Source: Alphaproteobacteria bacterium
GTDB taxonomy: Bacteria; Pseudomonadota; Alphaproteobacteria; SP197
Assembly (NCBI GenBank): GCA_965228895.1
Contig: OZ245842.1
Location: forward strand, 1,120,001 to 1,184,000
Direction of reading: 5' to 3'
DNA length: 64,000 nt
The translations under genes were made by a program, and so were the position numbers. The first letter of the stretch is position 1; every line of letters starts with the position of its first letter. A model generated the notes under the pieces. The model ran no database searches. It saw nothing but the letters and a program-made list of their open reading frames with translations, and was not told where the DNA came from. Positions 62,404-64,000 of this stretch are shown one piece after another.

Positions 62404-63036
62404 ATGGCGCCAACACAAGACCGATTGTCGCGACGATCCCTCATGGCCACGGGGCTGGCCGCCGGCGGTGCCGCTGCGTCGCCGGCCTGGGCCTCTTTGG
62501 TGGCGACACCGGGTCAAACGTCCGGACCGTTCTATCCCCTTGAGCTGCCGCTCGACGATGACAACGACCTGACGTCGGTTGACGGCTCATCGGTTGGCGC
62601 TACGGGTGAAGTGATCCACGTGGCCGGGCGTATCCTCGGGATCGACGGGACACCACTGGAAGGTGCCCGTGTTGAGTTATGGCAGGCCAACGCGGCTGGT
62701 CGCTATCACCATCCCCTGGACTCCAGCAGTCGCGACGTCGATGCCGGGTTCCAGGGTTTCGGTCACACGATGACGACGGCAGACGGCGCGTATCGCTTCA
62801 AGACCATCAGACCCGGATTGTATCCCGGCCGTACGCGGCATCTGCACTTCGCGGTTCTGGCGCCCGACGGCAGAGAGTTGGTGACACAGATGTACTTTGC
62901 CGGCGAACCAGGCAATGCCAAGGACGGGCTCTTGCGCCGCATCGGTGATCCCGCGCAACAGCAAAGTGTCATTGTCGACTTTGCACCGGCTGATGATGGC
63001 AGCGCGCTCGGCCAGTTCGACATGGTGCTGGCTTAG
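62404..63036 (+). CDS. Tat-signal intradiol ring-cleavage dioxygenase-like protein
   Basis: SRRSLM Tat signal; GPFYP, ELWQANAAGRY, TIRPGLYPGRTRHLHF (Tyr/Tyr/His/His Fe ligands). Confidence 0.88.
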   Translation: MAPTQDRLSRRSLMATGLAAGGAAASPAWASLVATPGQTSGPFYPLELPLDDDNDLTSVDGSSVGATGEVIHVAGRILGIDGTPLEGARVELWQANAAGRYHHPLDSSSRDVDAGFQGFGHTMTTADGAYRFKTIRPGLYPGRTRHLHFAVLAPDGRELVTQMYFAGEPGNAKDGLLRRIGDPAQQQSVIVDFAPADDGSALGQFDMVLA

Positions 63037-64000
63037 CTAGGCAGGCCAGGAGGCTCGACCCAGCGTTTGTGATCCTTCAGCACCTCGACGAGACGGTCGC
63101 GGTCGAGCGCCTCGGCCGGGTTGCCGTTGATGCCGGTCATCGGCTCGCTCACCGCCAGAACATTCATGATCGCCTCATCCACAGACTGCACGACCGCGTC
63201 GAAGAACGGATCGAGCCGGTGGTCGGGAATGCAGGAGAGCTCCAGATAGCTGCCGCCGGCCATCAACGCGTCCGAGCCTGCCGTCGTGAAGGCCAAAAAG
63301 ATATCGCCGGAACCGTGACCGGAATAGGAACCGCCCCGGCCGATACCCAGGCTGATACGCCGCGCCAGGCGCTTACACTGATGCGACAGAAGTGGCGCGT
63401 CGGTGCCAACGATGGCGATGATGGAGCCGGTGTCGAAGTCGTAGGGTTCCGGGCCCGGCAGCAATTCAGCCATCGGGATGCCGGCGATCATCAGATCCCT
63501 GCGCAAGCCGAAATTTGCCTGGACGAACGCGCCGACCGTATAGCCGGTGCCGTCGTGATCGACGACACGTGACGCCGTCCCCGATCCACCCTTCATGCCA
63601 TAGAGCATCATGCCGGTGCCGCCGCCGATGCTGCCTTCCTCGATCGGACCGGATTGCGCGCCGTCGATGGCTTCGAAGACGTGCTCGCGCTTGATGTGGA
63701 AGCCGTTGATATCATTGAGATATCCGTCATAAGTCTCACCCGCCACCGGCAGGCCCCATGACGGCCCGTCGCCGTAGCTGTTGGCGTTCTGATACAGCCA
63801 TTCGATGGTCGCATCGCGCGCCACGCCACAGGAATGGGTGTTGGTGATGGTGATCGGCCCGTCACAGTGGCCGGCTTCGTCAACCCACCAACTGCCCGTC
63901 AGTTCGCCGTTGCCGTTGAGGCTGAACATACCGGACCAGACGGGGAAGGCCGCCTTGGCGCGGCCACGCGGAATGATCGCGGTGACGCCGGTTCGGACCG
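63033..64000 (-). CDS. DmpA-like (P1/S58) aminopeptidase; 5' end outside the window
   Basis: VRTGVTAIIP...NGNGELTG, ETYDGYLND, GGGTGM, GSII autocleavage site, GSGDIFLAF. Confidence 0.92.
   Translation of the reverse strand, partial: VRTGVTAIIPRGRAKAAFPVWSGMFSLNGNGELTGSWWVDEAGHCDGPITITNTHSCGVARDATIEWLYQNANSYGDGPSWGLPVAGETYDGYLNDINGFHIKREHVFEAIDGAQSGPIEEGSIGGGTGMMLYGMKGGSGTASRVVDHDGTGYTVGAFVQANFGLRRDLMIAGIPMAELLPGPEPYDFDTGSIIAIVGTDAPLLSHQCKRLARRISLGIGRGGSYSGHGSGDIFLAFTTAGSDALMAGGSYLELSCIPDHRLDPFFDAVVQSVDEAIMNVLAVSEPMTGINGNPAEALDRDRLVEVLKDHKRWVEPPGLPS

Overview
A GC-rich alphaproteobacterial chromosomal window; gene content and regulatory motifs suggest a Rhodospirillales-like lineage (inference). 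The right part (about 35.1-62.3 kb) is the conserved core block: amidase, rnpB, mraZ-rsmH-ftsL-ftsI-murEF-mraY-murD-ftsW-murGCB-ddl-ftsQAZ-lpxC, a HAD hydrolase, bamD-recN-ligA. The left part mixes amino-acid/amine oxidoreductases, transporters, regulators and hypothetical genes. The best candidate for an undescribed system is at 8.3-12.0 kb: two paralogous twin-arginine-leader proteins built from 15 and 10 copies of a 19-aa acidic motif (YTGx[TSN]D[NS]DxGxxQDxx[GN]YG), each with its own copy of the same predicted promoter, followed by a ROX/Cupin_4-type JmjC 2OG-Fe(II) oxygenase. This may be a post-translationally hydroxylated, exported metal-binding repeat protein or a multicore RiPP. Other notable observations: an Rdx/SelW-like selenoprotein (CxxU, missed by the ORF track), a histone-H1-like Lys/Arg/Ala repeat fused in frame to MurD, a suhB/MmgR-like sRNA, an AT-richer ArsR-VOC islet with a likely leaderless transcript, and LexA-like and MraZ-like boxes upstream of the dcw cluster. 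All family assignments come from reading motifs; no database search was run.
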